Shown here in pieces: positions 27,001-39,641 of a DNA stretch of 64,000 nucleotides. Where the stretch lies: contig MU271394.1 of NCBI GenBank assembly GCA_021432655.1, positions 1-64,000 of the forward strand, in the 5' to 3' direction. Origin of the DNA: Atractiella rhizophila. Lineage: Eukaryota. How positions within the stretch are numbered: the stretch's first letter is position 1; each line of letters begins with the position of its first letter. The position numbers and the translations under genes are program-made. The notes beneath the pieces are model-generated. The model saw only the letters and a program-made list of their open reading frames with translations, made no database searches and was not told the origin of the DNA.

Positions 27001-29172
27001 CAACGAGTAAGCTTACTTCGTATCGCCCCTGTAGAGGTTTCGTAATGCAAGCCTGTCTTACTAGCCAGCAGGACCTTCGCGTCCGACGCCTCCTGGTAGT
27101 TCAACTCGGATGGCTTCCACTCATCCACTAGACTGATAGCAGCCACTACCGCTTGCGTTCGACCTTCTCCCGTAAAGAGAACCCCAATCCGCAAGCTTCT
27201 ATCCTGTACGGATAATGCGATCTGGATGGCACTGTGAAAGTCGGGTCGACCAGAAGAGATATCAAAAGTAGTTTTCAAGACAGGCTGTTTGATCTTGCTG
27301 GCCCTGCCAGGTTCCGCTTCCATCTCCCATTCATACACCTTCACGAGGCCATCTGAGAACAGTACTCCAATGTACAAATTGAGTTTGTCCCCTGTTGGAA
27401 CTAAGATGCAGTGAGCGGGAGTAGTGGACGTTGAGGTTGAAAGTTTGATGGATGACATAGGAGGTGGGACATTTTGCAGTCGAAAAGGTGTGAGGAGAAG
27501 CGAAGCTGCCGCGTGATGAGCAACACATCGATATCAATGCACGCAGAAATGCTCACTTCCGTCAACAACGGCGACAGCACCGGTGTCGTTCGGCGCACAT
27601 TGCCCTTTAACTGAATAGGTATCCCAGACCAACTGTATATCTTCCATTCCATCTGTGGAACACATCGATCACAGGTGAAATCATGGAGAAATGTGCTGAC
27701 CTTCATTCAGCAGATAAAGCTGTAAAGGCTCTTCTGGATGCCAGACCATATTGAGGAGGCGGGATTTAGGTTTCAATTCCTGTTGCAGGTACCAATGATA
27801 ATTGTTCCTCTTCCACAGTTGTACTAAACGTCCAAAATGAATATTTAATTGCAGTGGACAGATAACGGGGTAAAACACACCAGAATGGTTTTCTCCATCC
27901 TCCACCATCCACACTGCGAGCACGGTCGAATCGGCATTCCACCTCAACTCTCTAACTGCGAAAGACCGTCTTCGTCGTGGACTGTCATCATCTTTATCGC
28001 TTGCATTGTTTAAGATCCTCTCTTCTACAGTTTTTTGTCGCTCGCCTCCTACGAAGTTCCTCAACGCGAAATCATATCGCCTTAATCCATTTCTCTCAAA
28101 AAATATGACCTTATCTTCGTCTGTCTGATCTGCAGAGTACTGAACAGAAGCGAGAAGGCTCCCGCTAGGCTGCCAGTCAAATGCTGAACCCATCCCGCTG
28201 ACATCTTCAGCGGTCGACATCAAAGCTGCAGCTCGAGAGTACACTCTGATTTTACGCCTCCCCTTCTCGAGCGAGGACACGGCGAAAAAGTCTCCATCGC
28301 CTCTCCAGGCTACGCGGGTGCGACCGTCTTCTTGAAGATCGGTGAGCGACGAAGAGGTCTCAACGACTGGCGAAGGTGAGGCTTGAGCGGCTTGCTTGCC
28401 CAGTGATCCGTGGAATTGAGTTGCTTTCTGACCCCAACCTAGTGCGATCGGCTTGTCTTCTCCATAATCTTCTGTCTGCAGTGGCGCTTCGGAGAGCACA
28501 TCGAAAGTCCTCGTCATCAAAACAAGATTATCCGTACCTGACAGATCATCATCAGCAAGTGAAACAAAAACAACAAACTTTTAAAATTGCTCAGGCGGGC
28601 TCAACATGAACAATGTGGTTTCAATGTTGAAACAATCGGTCATGAGTGCATTCTTGCAACATCAGCATTGATGTCGGGAAAAAGCTGAAGTCAATGGACA
28701 ATGTCCATCCATGTATCAGGGAACTGAATTCATCCCGATCTTTATATATTCACTCTCTCTTTCGAACACGAGGTTCCACAATGCAACAGTGCAACAGCCA
28801 CAAACTGGCCCACCCACAATGATCTCAGGATTACAAGGACGCACCAGAAACAAGGACTAAGCTCTCCTCGTCTGTTCCCCATCTAGCTTCCTTCACGCCT
28901 TCCTCCAACGCTCCAACTTCCTCCACCGTCTCTTCCTCTAGATTTACCATCACAATCTCTCCAGTTTTATAAATTACACATATCGAGTGGGAGTCATTGA
29001 GGTATTGCGCGTTGATTATCTCTGAATGGACGGGTAAGGGGATCGTCGTCTGTGAAGGAGTGACAAGTTCTGATGAGGAGAGAAGATAGTTGCCATCTGG
29101 CGTAGAGACCAAGTGTGTCGCTGGCTTCGTGAGACGCGCGAGACGTCGAGAGAGTAACAAGAGAGATCGCAT
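24099..29172 (-). CDS. ELP1: Elongator complex subunit 1 (IKI3/ELP1), multi-exon
   Basis: [70 protein letters not shown] and [15 protein letters not shown]. Confidence 0.95.
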
Positions 29173-29303
29173 CGTATCGTGGTAATAGCTTTCGAATCTT
29201 TCGATCACATTCCACAAATTTCTGGTCCACGACTAAAGCGCTCCAGCATGAGTCAGAGTATGCTCAATTGTTATCCCAAGAGTGAATAAACAGAGTAGAG
29301 GTC

Positions 29304-30620
29304 ATGGACGACATGGAAGGACAAGATGTAGAGATGGAAGTGGACAACTTGGTGGAAGAGGAGAAGGAGTGGGCACCATATTACTATTCGTCAGTTGAGG
29401 AGATAGCTGGGAGGCAGTTGGATCCCGAAGACAAGGCGATTGATGAGTTTGAGGTGCAGAAGAGGGTCTCTGGTGTTGGTATGTTCCTCTTTCTCTGGTG
29501 GTTGTAAAGAATTTCAGGTTATAGAGGTCGAATTGCAGACAACAATGCAGCTGTTGTCCCGTTATTCCCGTTCTCAAGTGCCTCAGGAACAATGAACCTC
29601 ATTGTGATCTCTGACATGCCACCTTCCAGCCTACTACACACGTCTTGCTCAATTGCCTTGAACTAATAATTTCTCAGCCGCGGCTCAGGCAATGCGGAAT
29701 CTTGAAGCAGAAACAATCCCTTTTCTTGCTCGACAAGCCACATCTCGATTACGGTCACTGCTTCTTGTCGCCGTTGCAGGCCACGTCCATCGCGAAACAT
29801 CCCACCACCTTGCATCACAACCGATCCGTCCTGCAAAGCGGAAACGACCGGATGATGAGGAAGAGTTCTATCCCATGTGGGAGGAAGAAGTCTTACAAGA
29901 CCCTGGGAAGGTGTTGGACGCGTTGGATCAACTCGAGAATGAAGAGGAGAAGAAGTCGCGTATTGAAAGGATGGACAGGGATGCTAAAGAGTCGACGCAA
30001 CAGAAGAGCGGGACTCCGAGCACACCAGTTCCAACAGGCGGAGGAGATGGAGCGTCGGCTGTCAAGAAAAAGAAGGAGGGTCCGACACTCTCGGCTCGAA
30101 ACACGAGCGAGGCAGTTCAGAAGAAGATGTCAGATATGACGGCTTTGCGATCTGTAGGATTATTGGGGAAGACAAGTAAATACAGTTGGCTCAGTGGAGG
30201 ACAAGGCGCTTGGGCAGATTCAGCCCCGAAAGCTGGTTCGACTGCAGCACCCGCTCCGAACTCGACTCCTGGTGTGTAATCTCTGTCTTGGTCACCTCAC
30301 ATGAGTAACGCAATGCAGGTAAACAAGGGCTTCCTCCCCCTCGTTTCGCATCCAACCTCCCGCCACCGAGATTTCAAAACACTGTCCAGGCAGATGCCGC
30401 ATCAGGTGCTCTCACGCCTACAGCCCCTGCTCCAATGCCTCAGAAGTTGCCACCAGCTCCACATTCCCTCTATGGCGAGCCAAACACCGTCGTCATCGAG
30501 GACATCCTGTGGGGTATCGAGCAAGAGCGAGTCCCAACTTTCCGCTCGTGGCCAATCTCATTCAAGAAGCCGGGGAAGACAGAGGTCGTCTCAAGGTGGA
30601 GGTGGGGAGTAGGACGATGA
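29304..30620 (+). CDS. TAF4-like TFIID subunit (histone-fold), multi-exon
   Basis: Histone-fold-like FLARQATSRLRSLL, KKMSDMTALRSVG...KYSWL, and C-terminal VVIEDILWGIEQE. Confidence 0.65.
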
Positions 30621-30793
30621 TGTGATTTATGGAATATTTTTGCAACGAAGCACACGAACGAATAGCCAATCTCCCCGTTGCACCGGATTGATGATCCCTG
30701 AATGTGGACCAAGAATGAATTGCGGAATCCCCATTAGTATTACAACGGATTGTCTTCAAGCAGCTAGAGATTTGAGGAGAGGAGGAAACTCCG

Positions 30794-32002
30794 TCAGTAG
30801 AGTTCCTCATCTTGTCCAAAGTTTACAAAAACGAGTGATAAGTCCAATTTTTCAAAGTGATATTTTAGCACATCTCTTGCAATCGCAATCTCCTCATTCC
30901 ACCCAGGCGCATTTTCTTTCAGGATTATCAACCGCAGCGCAGGGAACCTCTTCTTAGTGAGATTCTTCTTCAAGGTCTCAAATAAGTCGATCTTCCATTG
31001 ATAACACTCCAGTCTGAGATGTTCAAGAGTGCGCACCTGCCAGTCCCTAAGAAGTTGGTCCTTGAGTATAGACTTGTCCCGGAAGCCTAAGTCGAAGGTG
31101 ACCTCTTTTGCTGATGTTTTAGGAAGATAGGAATAGAGGACTGAAGTCCATCCACCGACTTTAATGTCATCCTTGGTGAATGCACACGGATTTCGTACTT
31201 TGATGATCGATATGCTTTCCCCATGTCGGTCAAAGAAAGCCTGGACTGCGTTCGTATTTCGTTCTTGGCAGCCTGATTGAGCAGAATCCAAAAGTCTGAC
31301 TTGCGTCAGATTTACAAGCTTACAAAGTGGTAACAATCCAGTCAGAACGACATCTGCAGGCGTCCGACTTAACTCAAGGTAACGGAGCTGGCTAGAGAAG
31401 CGTCGGGTGTTCATGGACACTTTATCCTCCATGGTACCTTCGCGCGGTCTATAAAAATCACAGTCTCTAATATGGAGCTTTTCGAGAACAGGATGATGCG
31501 CTGCAAAATCGGCGAGGTCATCAAACAGCCACCTCATTCGTTCGGTTTTAAAGAAAGTGAGTTTTCCGAACCCTTGCGTCAGATTTTCATCAAAATTCGC
31601 CGAAATATTTTTCAACGCCAACTTCGTTATGCTGAGTTTGTTCGTGAGGGCAAAAATGTCGTAAGGACCGCGAGGGACAGATCTCTCGTAATAATACTCT
31701 GAAAGAATAAGTTGCTTGAGATACTTGTGCAAAGTCTGATAAGGCGATTTGAGTAACGTTATCAACGTTTCCAGAGATTCTTCGTCCAGCGCGCTAAACT
31801 GCTCAAAATAGATTTCGCGGTCAAAATATGTCGCCCTCGACAAGTGCAGAAAGTCTCGGCAGACTAGGCTGCAGTTATCTAGAGTGGACCTGTCCGGGAA
31901 CAAGACTCGAACTCCTGCAAATCCGACTTGCGTATAGCAGTGAGGCGTAAAATTTTTGAAGATGTGTTCAAATATTTCGTTAGGGAAAGTACGAATTTCC
32001 AT
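30794..32002 (-). CDS. Intronless F-box/LRR-like protein, paralog A (402 aa)
   Basis: N-terminal FPNEIFEHIF...TLDNCSLVCRDF resembles a fungal F-box, followed by LxxLxL repeats. Clearly paralogous to 34645-35838 and 54780-55976. Confidence 0.75.
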   Translation of the reverse strand: MEIRTFPNEIFEHIFKNFTPHCYTQVGFAGVRVLFPDRSTLDNCSLVCRDFLHLSRATYFDREIYFEQFSALDEESLETLITLLKSPYQTLHKYLKQLILSEYYYERSVPRGPYDIFALTNKLSITKLALKNISANFDENLTQGFGKLTFFKTERMRWLFDDLADFAAHHPVLEKLHIRDCDFYRPREGTMEDKVSMNTRRFSSQLRYLELSRTPADVVLTGLLPLCKLVNLTQVRLLDSAQSGCQERNTNAVQAFFDRHGESISIIKVRNPCAFTKDDIKVGGWTSVLYSYLPKTSAKEVTFDLGFRDKSILKDQLLRDWQVRTLEHLRLECYQWKIDLFETLKKNLTKKRFPALRLIILKENAPGWNEEIAIARDVLKYHFEKLDLSLVFVNFGQDEELY

Positions 32003-32535
32003 GGAGCGCTGACACCTACAATCCCAAAAGTAAGGTCAGGAGTATGGCAGAAGATCGTGGAACCAATGATCCTTTTCTTCGGTGAATATCTTCCAACTGG
32101 CCAGCCTGATTGCCTGCACTAGACTGCAATCGACCTTCTACCACTTCGCTTTCTTTCGACAATGGTAGTTCAGAAAATGCAGTCCATTTCAAATTCTGAA
32201 GACTTCAGCTCACAAAAACACTCCACACTCGTCCTGTTACCTCACTCTTGAGAAGTTTTACTGCCAATTACACGAGGAAGAGAGAGGAGTTCTGCAAAAG
32301 GTTCGCGTGGGAACTATTGCTGTTCTTTCGTAGCCCAAAAATCTAGGACATTATTTACTAACTACAGTGTTGTTTTCAGCTAAACCTGTTCAGTATAGAA
32401 GGATACATGAAATACAGAGGTTGACAACAAGCACAAGAAAGGCTAGCGAGAAATGTGTGCTCTGGTCCCCTTGCGTGCTGCTCTGTTATGGCATGACTCG
32501 TAACGATGACCAAATGTAAATGTCACCATCGAGGT

Positions 32536-33950
32536 TTAGTAGGCGCTTTTCTTTGCATACCTTTGGAGGAAAATATCGGCTTCGAGGTGCTCTGCTCCTT
32601 CCTGTTCGACGGTCAAAATAAAATTGAGATCTCCTTTGTCACCGTCGGCTTGTATACGACTGAAACCTGGTGGCAGAACGCCACCTCCAGATGTCGTCTC
32701 GAAAGGTGTTCCCCAACCGAAGTCTAGTTTGGGTCCCTGAAGATTGAAGCGTGACCAATTCGTCATGATCACATCTCCTACAAAAACGGCAGTTCGAGGA
32801 GGATTACAGCGCCGAGCTGCCTCGAGGAAAGACATCTTGTGAATGAGAGCTTTGGGTGACATTTGCGTGTTGAGCGCTTTCCTGATCTCGACAGCGATGA
32901 GGGAGGCACATTCATGTGTCGGAGAAAGTAAGTGGCTGCGAGGGACGGTCGTTGCAAATAGGGGGTTGCAGTTGCCGAAGTACGGTTCCCGTGCTAGGTC
33001 TGGAGGAAAACGATCACGAAGATTGGAAGCGCTGATCAGGGTTTCAGTTGAAGAGGGGTTTGCTTTAGCTACCTTGCCATTATGACGAGCACGGGCAATG
33101 GCTCCCCAGATGAGAGTTGCCAAAGCATCCCCAGATGAGATCCAATCCTCTCCAGAGTTTGGAGAGAGGTCCTTCTTGAGCTGCTCTAGGTTGCTTTTCG
33201 GAATTTTCCATTTTGTTATGCTGGTGGGAGGCAAGGAGAACCCAGGAAGAGAATCGAGCAGAGTAAAACCTGGTGGTGGCGTTTCAGCGGGAATTTCACT
33301 CGGTACTCCAGGGAAGTAACGCTCGACATCGTGTAACCAATTCTTCGGGACCGTGGTGAGATTAGGAGCCTCGCCACGAGCGGTGGAAGCCCACAATTCG
33401 AGGAAATCGAGGCAACCGTTGAGATCTGCGACTTGGTGATGTAGCGAAGAAGCGACAGCTATAGTTCCACAGGAAAACTGCAGGAAAATTGATAGGTGCT
33501 TGTATGGAGTCGGGAAAAACTTACCGACGTCACCTTCACCGCGAACGTGCTGGATTCCGGTGGCAGAACCAATATTGGTCTTGGAGAAACGTCGTCGTTG
33601 TCTCCAGTAAATGGAACGTCTTTCTCTTCGACTAAAAACGGAGTTCCAGGTGTGCTGTCTCTGTCAATCACGATATAAGTTTCTCCATCCTCGTCGACCC
33701 GCACAATTCCGGAGACAGGGGGATAAAGCTCAAGTGCTTCTGCTAGCGACCTTTTCAAATTGAGGACAACTTCGTCAAAGCTGACATTGCTCGGAAGAGG
33801 GGCAAAGAAACGATGTAAGCTGATGTGCACGGGTACACTGATCAAGTCGAGCGCATGGAGTCTGATCTTGGAGAGGACGAGAGGTAGGTTGAACTTCGAT
33901 GTCGGGAACACATTGAACTGTTGAATTTGAGTGATTCCCTGGCGCGGCAT
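32536..33950 (-). CDS. BAHD/transferase-family CoA-dependent acyltransferase, one intron (33478-33524)
   Basis: LKRSLAEALELYPPVSG, spliced FSCGTIAVASSLHHQVADLNG (HxxxD), YFGN, TNW and LDFGWG. Confidence 0.92.
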
Positions 33951-34644
33951 GTTCTTCCAGTTGCAGTTATCTATGTATCACACCATGACCTGATCAACGT
34001 TCCAAAGCGTCAAAATACAGTAATCGCACCTGCTTCAATTGTTGGTATAAGGCGCTCTCGAGATCTAGGATGCACACCTGGCGGAATTCCACAGCTGTCA
34101 CTTTTACACAAGTCAACGCTTTCAAGTTATCGAAGGCTCGAGTCACTCCACCGAGCTCATCATGTCGTGGATCCTATGCTCCCCTTGAAGCTTATGACTC
34201 GGAGCTCAAGGTCCCAACAGGTCTGCATTTTGTATGAGCAGTGTGCTCAAAAATACCAGAAACGGCGTCTATTTGCATTATTGAACTCCTCCTGTCATTC
34301 TCAGGCTTTTCCGGGATTTGCTGCTGTAATGACTCGGATCAGGGACATCGCATTCGTGTTGTGGACTCCAAGCGCGCGGGAGCCTAGGCGGAAAGCGAAC
34401 GCCGTTGGCATACCCTACGGATTTATACCCTACGGATTTATTTCGCTGTTCACCAAGTTTAGTGGTGTAGGTACTCGAATTAGTGGACAATTGCAGTCAT
34501 CATACTCGGACAAGCAATGATCCCAAAGGCTTGAACCCTTCAGTCAACACAAGTCAGAAACAGCCCAAGGCTAGGACGACTAACTACCCAAACACTGCCG
34601 CCTGACTTTGACAGCATCTTAGGCTTCTGCTGACAACTACTTCG

Positions 34645-35838
34645 ATGTCTTTCCCTAACGAAATATTTCAGCACATCTTCGACACCTTCAAGCAACGGTG
34701 CTTGCAACAGATCGGACCTGACGGAGGGGTTTTTTTCCCAGCCAGTTTGACCGTCTTGACCTGCAGCCTTGTCTGCCGAGACTTTCTGCACTTTTCGAGG
34801 ACAGTATACTTTGACCGCGACATCTTCTTCGAGCAGTTTAAGGCGGAGGATGAACAATCTCTGATAAAGTTGAAAATTTTACTTAAATCGCCTTACCAGA
34901 CTTTGCACCCATATCTCAAGCAAGTCCTTCTCATGGATTTTGCACTGACCAGGATTCCTGGCGGTGATTACGACATTTTTGCTCTCACGAACGAGGTCAA
35001 CATCACGAAACTAACGTTGAAGAACATATCCGCAAATTTTGATCAGACTCTGATACAAGGGTTCGGAAAGCTCACTTTCTTTAAAACCGAACAGATGCAG
35101 TGGTTGTTTGATGATCTCGCCGATTTTGCAGCACATCATCCAGGTATCGAAAAGCTCCACATAAAAGACTGCGATTTTTATCGACCGCGCGAAGGCACAG
35201 TCGAGGAAAAAATATCCATAAACACCCGTCGATTCTCAAGCGAGCTCCGGTACCTATTTTTTGGTGGGACATCTGCAGATATTGTTCTGAATGGATTGCT
35301 TCCGCTTTGCAAGCTTGCAAAGCTGACGCACGTCAAGCTTTGGGACCCTTTTAGGCGGCCACACCACCACGAACGAAATATCAAGGCACTACAGACTTTT
35401 TTCGAAAGACAAGGCGACGTCATATCGACCATCGAAGCTCGAAATTCATATACGCCTGTTGACATTCAAGCTGCAGCATGGACATCAATCCTCCATTCTT
35501 ATCTGCCCAGAACATCAGCCAAAGAAGTCACTTTCGAGTTTGACCACAGGACTGATCCTTTGTTCTGGGGCGAGGCCATCAGCAGTTGGGAAATGCACAA
35601 CCTCGAACACCTCAGACTGGAGTGTCACAGGTGGGGAACCAGGTTATTTCAGGCCTTGAGGAAGAATCTCACTAAGAAGAGGTTCCCTATGTTGCGATTG
35701 ATAATCTTGAAGGAGAATGCACGGCCAGGGTGGAGAACGGAGACTGAGATGGCGAGGGATATGTTGAAGCGTCACTTTGAGGGATTAGGCATACGACTTG
35801 CTCTTGTAACCTATTGGCTAGATGGGAAACTCTATTGA
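34645..35838 (+). CDS. Intronless F-box/LRR-like protein, paralog B (397 aa)
   Basis: FPNEIFQHIF...LTCSLVCRDF; collinear with paralogs A and C. Confidence 0.75.
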   Translation: MSFPNEIFQHIFDTFKQRCLQQIGPDGGVFFPASLTVLTCSLVCRDFLHFSRTVYFDRDIFFEQFKAEDEQSLIKLKILLKSPYQTLHPYLKQVLLMDFALTRIPGGDYDIFALTNEVNITKLTLKNISANFDQTLIQGFGKLTFFKTEQMQWLFDDLADFAAHHPGIEKLHIKDCDFYRPREGTVEEKISINTRRFSSELRYLFFGGTSADIVLNGLLPLCKLAKLTHVKLWDPFRRPHHHERNIKALQTFFERQGDVISTIEARNSYTPVDIQAAAWTSILHSYLPRTSAKEVTFEFDHRTDPLFWGEAISSWEMHNLEHLRLECHRWGTRLFQALRKNLTKKRFPMLRLIILKENARPGWRTETEMARDMLKRHFEGLGIRLALVTYWLDGKLY

Positions 35839-36021
35839 GCCAACTTTGTTGGCAGGGATATCGATACACTGATGCTTTTGTGTTGCTACTCGAAATTGTA
35901 ATTGTCCGATTGGACCCTGTACGATGGGAAACTCTATTGAGTCGGCTTTTTGGCATGGATATCGATACACTGATGCTTTTGTGTTGCTACTCGAATTGTA
36001 ATATATGTCGGATGGGACCCA
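35821..36021 (+). repeat. Two-copy tandem repeat of about 101 bp spanning the F-box B stop codon and 3' UTR
   Basis: gatgggaaactctattgag...gatatcgatacactgatgcttttgtgttgctactcgaa starts at 35821 and again at 35922. Confidence 0.9.
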
Positions 36022-36192
36022 GCGACCTCTGTACACCACTGAATGAGGAACAAATTGCATCGATATTCACGAACTGAATCCCTTTTGAAGCTGTTCTTAC
36101 AAATAAAGATAGGTATCTATCGGCCCAAGGGTATCAACTGCCTTCACCGCACACGATGTGAGGTGATGTGAGGTGGTACAATCAATCTCCAA

Positions 36193-39187
36193 TCAATCAT
36201 CATCTGTCACGACTTCCGCATACGCTGGAGGCCTTGCCCCAGCAGCGTTGATTTCGCCTGCACAAACCAGGCAAATGTCAGCTGGACGCTCAACGCTCAA
36301 GAGAGACAAGATCAGTAGAGTGTACGAACCTGAAACGAGCCTGGCGAACTGTAATGAGTGGTTCAAGGCTCGTTCAGCGGACCTCAAGTCCACAGGGGCT
36401 GTTGGGGTTGTTGGTGATTGAGGAATTGTATGGGCAAAGGCTGAGCCAGAATGTTGAGGACGCTCAAGGTCTGATAGCTCGTGATGGTGGAAACCATGGT
36501 CTACGAGAATTGGCTGAACAGCTCCGCATTGATGGGACGCTTGGAGGTCTATTGTCCCGTCTGCGAAATAAGTCGGCAAGTGATTCTGTGAACATCGACA
36601 CTATAAATAACAAAGCACATTAAGCAAACTGTTGGCAGGAGCTGTAAAGGAGGGACCAACCGAGAGGATATGTAGTGGAGACTCGATAATAACATCCCAA
36701 AGCTTTCTCTGTCCTTTCGAATCAAGATGATCATCATCTCCACGTTCAACTCGAATAACAATTCTTAAAAGATGCGAGATCGCCAATAGAGCCTTTTCAT
36801 GCACCAAGGAGAAGTGAAGGTTGGACTGGCAATCCGGAAGCTGGAGCTCTCCTTCGAGGATCCAAGGTCCCAAAGGATCCGCCAACGAGGGAACCTGGGT
36901 CTCATCGCCCTCTCCAGCGACGAATAATTTTTTCAACGGGCTGTTCTCGAACGCATCTTCTTCATCGCTCGTGATCGGCAGAATCGCCGTCCGCTGCTCC
37001 CCAGGGATCTCAGCTTTGAGAAGTTGGAAGCGCTTCGGTCCTTCGTGCCTGCTGATCTTTTTTGAATGCGCAAAATAGTCCACCTTCTCTTCCAAGACGA
37101 CCAAAATTCGATACACCTTCACTTTGGCGAGTGGGTCGAGGCGGATCGAGACCGGGATCTTCGAACCGACGCAGAAGGACTAAGCACGGCTGTTGAGAAG
37201 AATTGTTGGAGAGTGACAGTGAACGACTTACCTTTCCTGACAATGCAACCATATATCGCATCTGCGTCTCCCAAAACCTCTCAATAACAATGCTCTCCAC
37301 AGCTTCCGTGCTTTCATCAGAAGGGCACGACACGAGATGAACCTCCATTTCGCTCTGGAGGTTCGGAGTCAAGACTCCAGCGCGCTGGACGTATGCTTTC
37401 AATCGATAGACGACTGCTCCGAAGTTACAATGCAGCGTTGGCGGCAACGACGACGAGACGGGGATTTGAACTGGATAGGTATACGTCCCGGGACGGAACT
37501 CTGTCCAGGCGTTCTCGTCTTCTTTCTCTTCCTCCTCTTCCCTTCCCTCATGTCCCGCTTTTCGACCATCTCCTATCCCTGAACCTGTTGACGGTTCCTT
37601 GCTGAGTAATGCCTCTTTGATCGCTCTCAACGTCTTCGTCCTTCCCCTCGAAGACTGGTCATTCTTCCCCGTCACGCTAGTCGTCGTATCCCTACTTTCG
37701 CGTTCCGGACTACTCGGTCTCCTCCCACCGCTTCCGCCTTCCAACATGCTCTTCAACTTCTCTTTATCGTTCCCAAAGATCTTGCTCAAACTAAACCTAC
37801 TCTTCTTCTTCCCCCCACCACCCGCTTTCTCCTCACTAAACCTCACCGTCGCCCCATTCCCACTCTCGCTAGGTCTCCTCCCGGACCCCGCAAACGAGAG
37901 CGAAGTGCCGGTGGTGGTGGAAGTGGCGGATTGGAACAAGTGTCCGTTTCCGATCGATCGTCCGCGTTCGCGCTCGAACGAAGAGACGGTGGATCCAGGC
38001 ACAGGAGCGGACTGATGTCCGTCCATCTGCCCCGAGTCTTCTCGGGTAGTAGAAATCGTGCTTCCGGACCCACTGCTCTGCGAAATGTCGCTCCCCCGAT
38101 GTGCTCCGTTCCCATTCGTCATCGCCAACCTGGACGATGGCGGCGGAGTGCCGGTCGAGGAGGAGGTCGCGTTTCGTGACAGTGGAGGGAAGAGGGAGGC
38201 GGGTGAATCTGACGACGTCGACGCTTCAATGTACCCCGGTATACGCGCATCCGAGCTCCTTCGACTGTCGCTTCCTGCGGTGGTGGAGGGAGAAGAGACG
38301 AAAGGATTGATCCAGCTCGCCCTCTTCTTTCCCTTCTGCGCGCTCGTCAATCCTTGAATGGGAGCGGTCGCAGGCCCATTCCCTACCGCATCCCGGGGCA
38401 CATCCGTCACGATTCGCCGTATTGGGACTTGGGACGATGCACGTGGAGAGCTCGCAAGACTGAACGACACATCGGGATCGTCCCTTATTCCTGGTCCGAT
38501 GGACACGGCGCGTCGGAGGGTGTTCTTGGATTCGGAGGCGGAGAAGAGGACGTGATTCTCATCGATGATCGTGCGCTCCTCGAGCACTTCCAAGCGATGG
38601 GAACCGATACCTGCAGAAACGAACGCCGAAACAGACAGTGGAGTTAGAACTTCGGATTTCGGATTTCGGATAATTTAGAATTGGAACATTTCAAATGACC
38701 CGAAGGAGAGGACGAGATTGGAGGAGAAAAGCAAATTGCCAAATTGGCTCTCTCGGCACGTTTTGTGCGGTTCCCAAGAGGAGGCGAGGAGAAATGTACT
38801 AAAAGCCATGAATGGACTGAGTGCATGGAAGAGCGTATGACCTCTGGCCAAGTGTGCCAATCGGCACATGATGAATGCTTCTCTTACAAAGCTGTCGTCA
38901 GCAGCAACGGTCAAGACAGCTCCGTCACGAGTCACCGACAGGTCACCAACGCAAACGTTCGTTCACCGAAGTGAAGTGCCTCCGACTCAGCGAAAAATGA
39001 GGAAAGGACGCACCCTCTGGCCAATCTGTATGAGACTTGCCCATCAATCGCACTCCCACCTTCTTGATCCTGCTCGGTTTTGCAAGCGTGAGCGTAAGCA
39101 AACCGCGAAGAATAGCTGGCGGAGAATCGTCTTCCTCCTCCCTCTCCCTCTCCAACCTCCCTCTCTCGTCCTCGAATTCCGCTCCGA
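36193..39187 (-). pseudogene. 5'-truncated duplicate of the alpha-arrestin
   Basis: Lacks the first ~117 codons and the promoter. Upstream of the junction the frame reaches a TGA with no ATG. The remaining exons are open. Confidence 0.8.
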
Positions 39188-39409
39188 CTGGAGTGTCACA
39201 GGTGGGGAACCAGGTTATTTCAGGCCTTGAGGAAGAATCTCACTAAGAAGAGGTTCCCTATGTTGCGATTGATAATCTTGAAGGAGAATGCACGGCCAGG
39301 GTGGAGAACGGAGACTGAGATGGCGAGGGATATGTTGAAGCGTCACTTTGAGGGATTAGGCATACGACTTGCTCTTGTAACCTATTGGCTAGATGGGAAA
39401 CTCTATTGA
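39186..39409 (+). pseudogene. Duplicated 3' fragment of F-box paralog B
   Basis: Matches 35615-35838 with no difference seen by eye. Confidence 0.9.
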
Positions 39410-39641
39410 GCCAACTTTGTTGGCATGGATATCGATACTCGAAATTGTAATATATGTCGGATTGGACCCAGCGACCTCTGTACACCACTGAATGAGGAAC
39501 AAATTGCATCGATATTCACCAACTGAATCCCTTTTGAAGCTGTTCTTACAAATAAAGATAGGTATCTATCGGCCCAAGGGTATCAACTGCCTTCACCGCA
39601 CACGATGTGAGGTGATGTGAGGTAGTACGATCAATCTCCTA

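Noticed and set aside
34410..34440. 15-bp direct repeat (taccctacggattta twice)
   Set aside because: Only two adjacent units, consistent with slippage; not CRISPR-like and no regulatory role can be supported.
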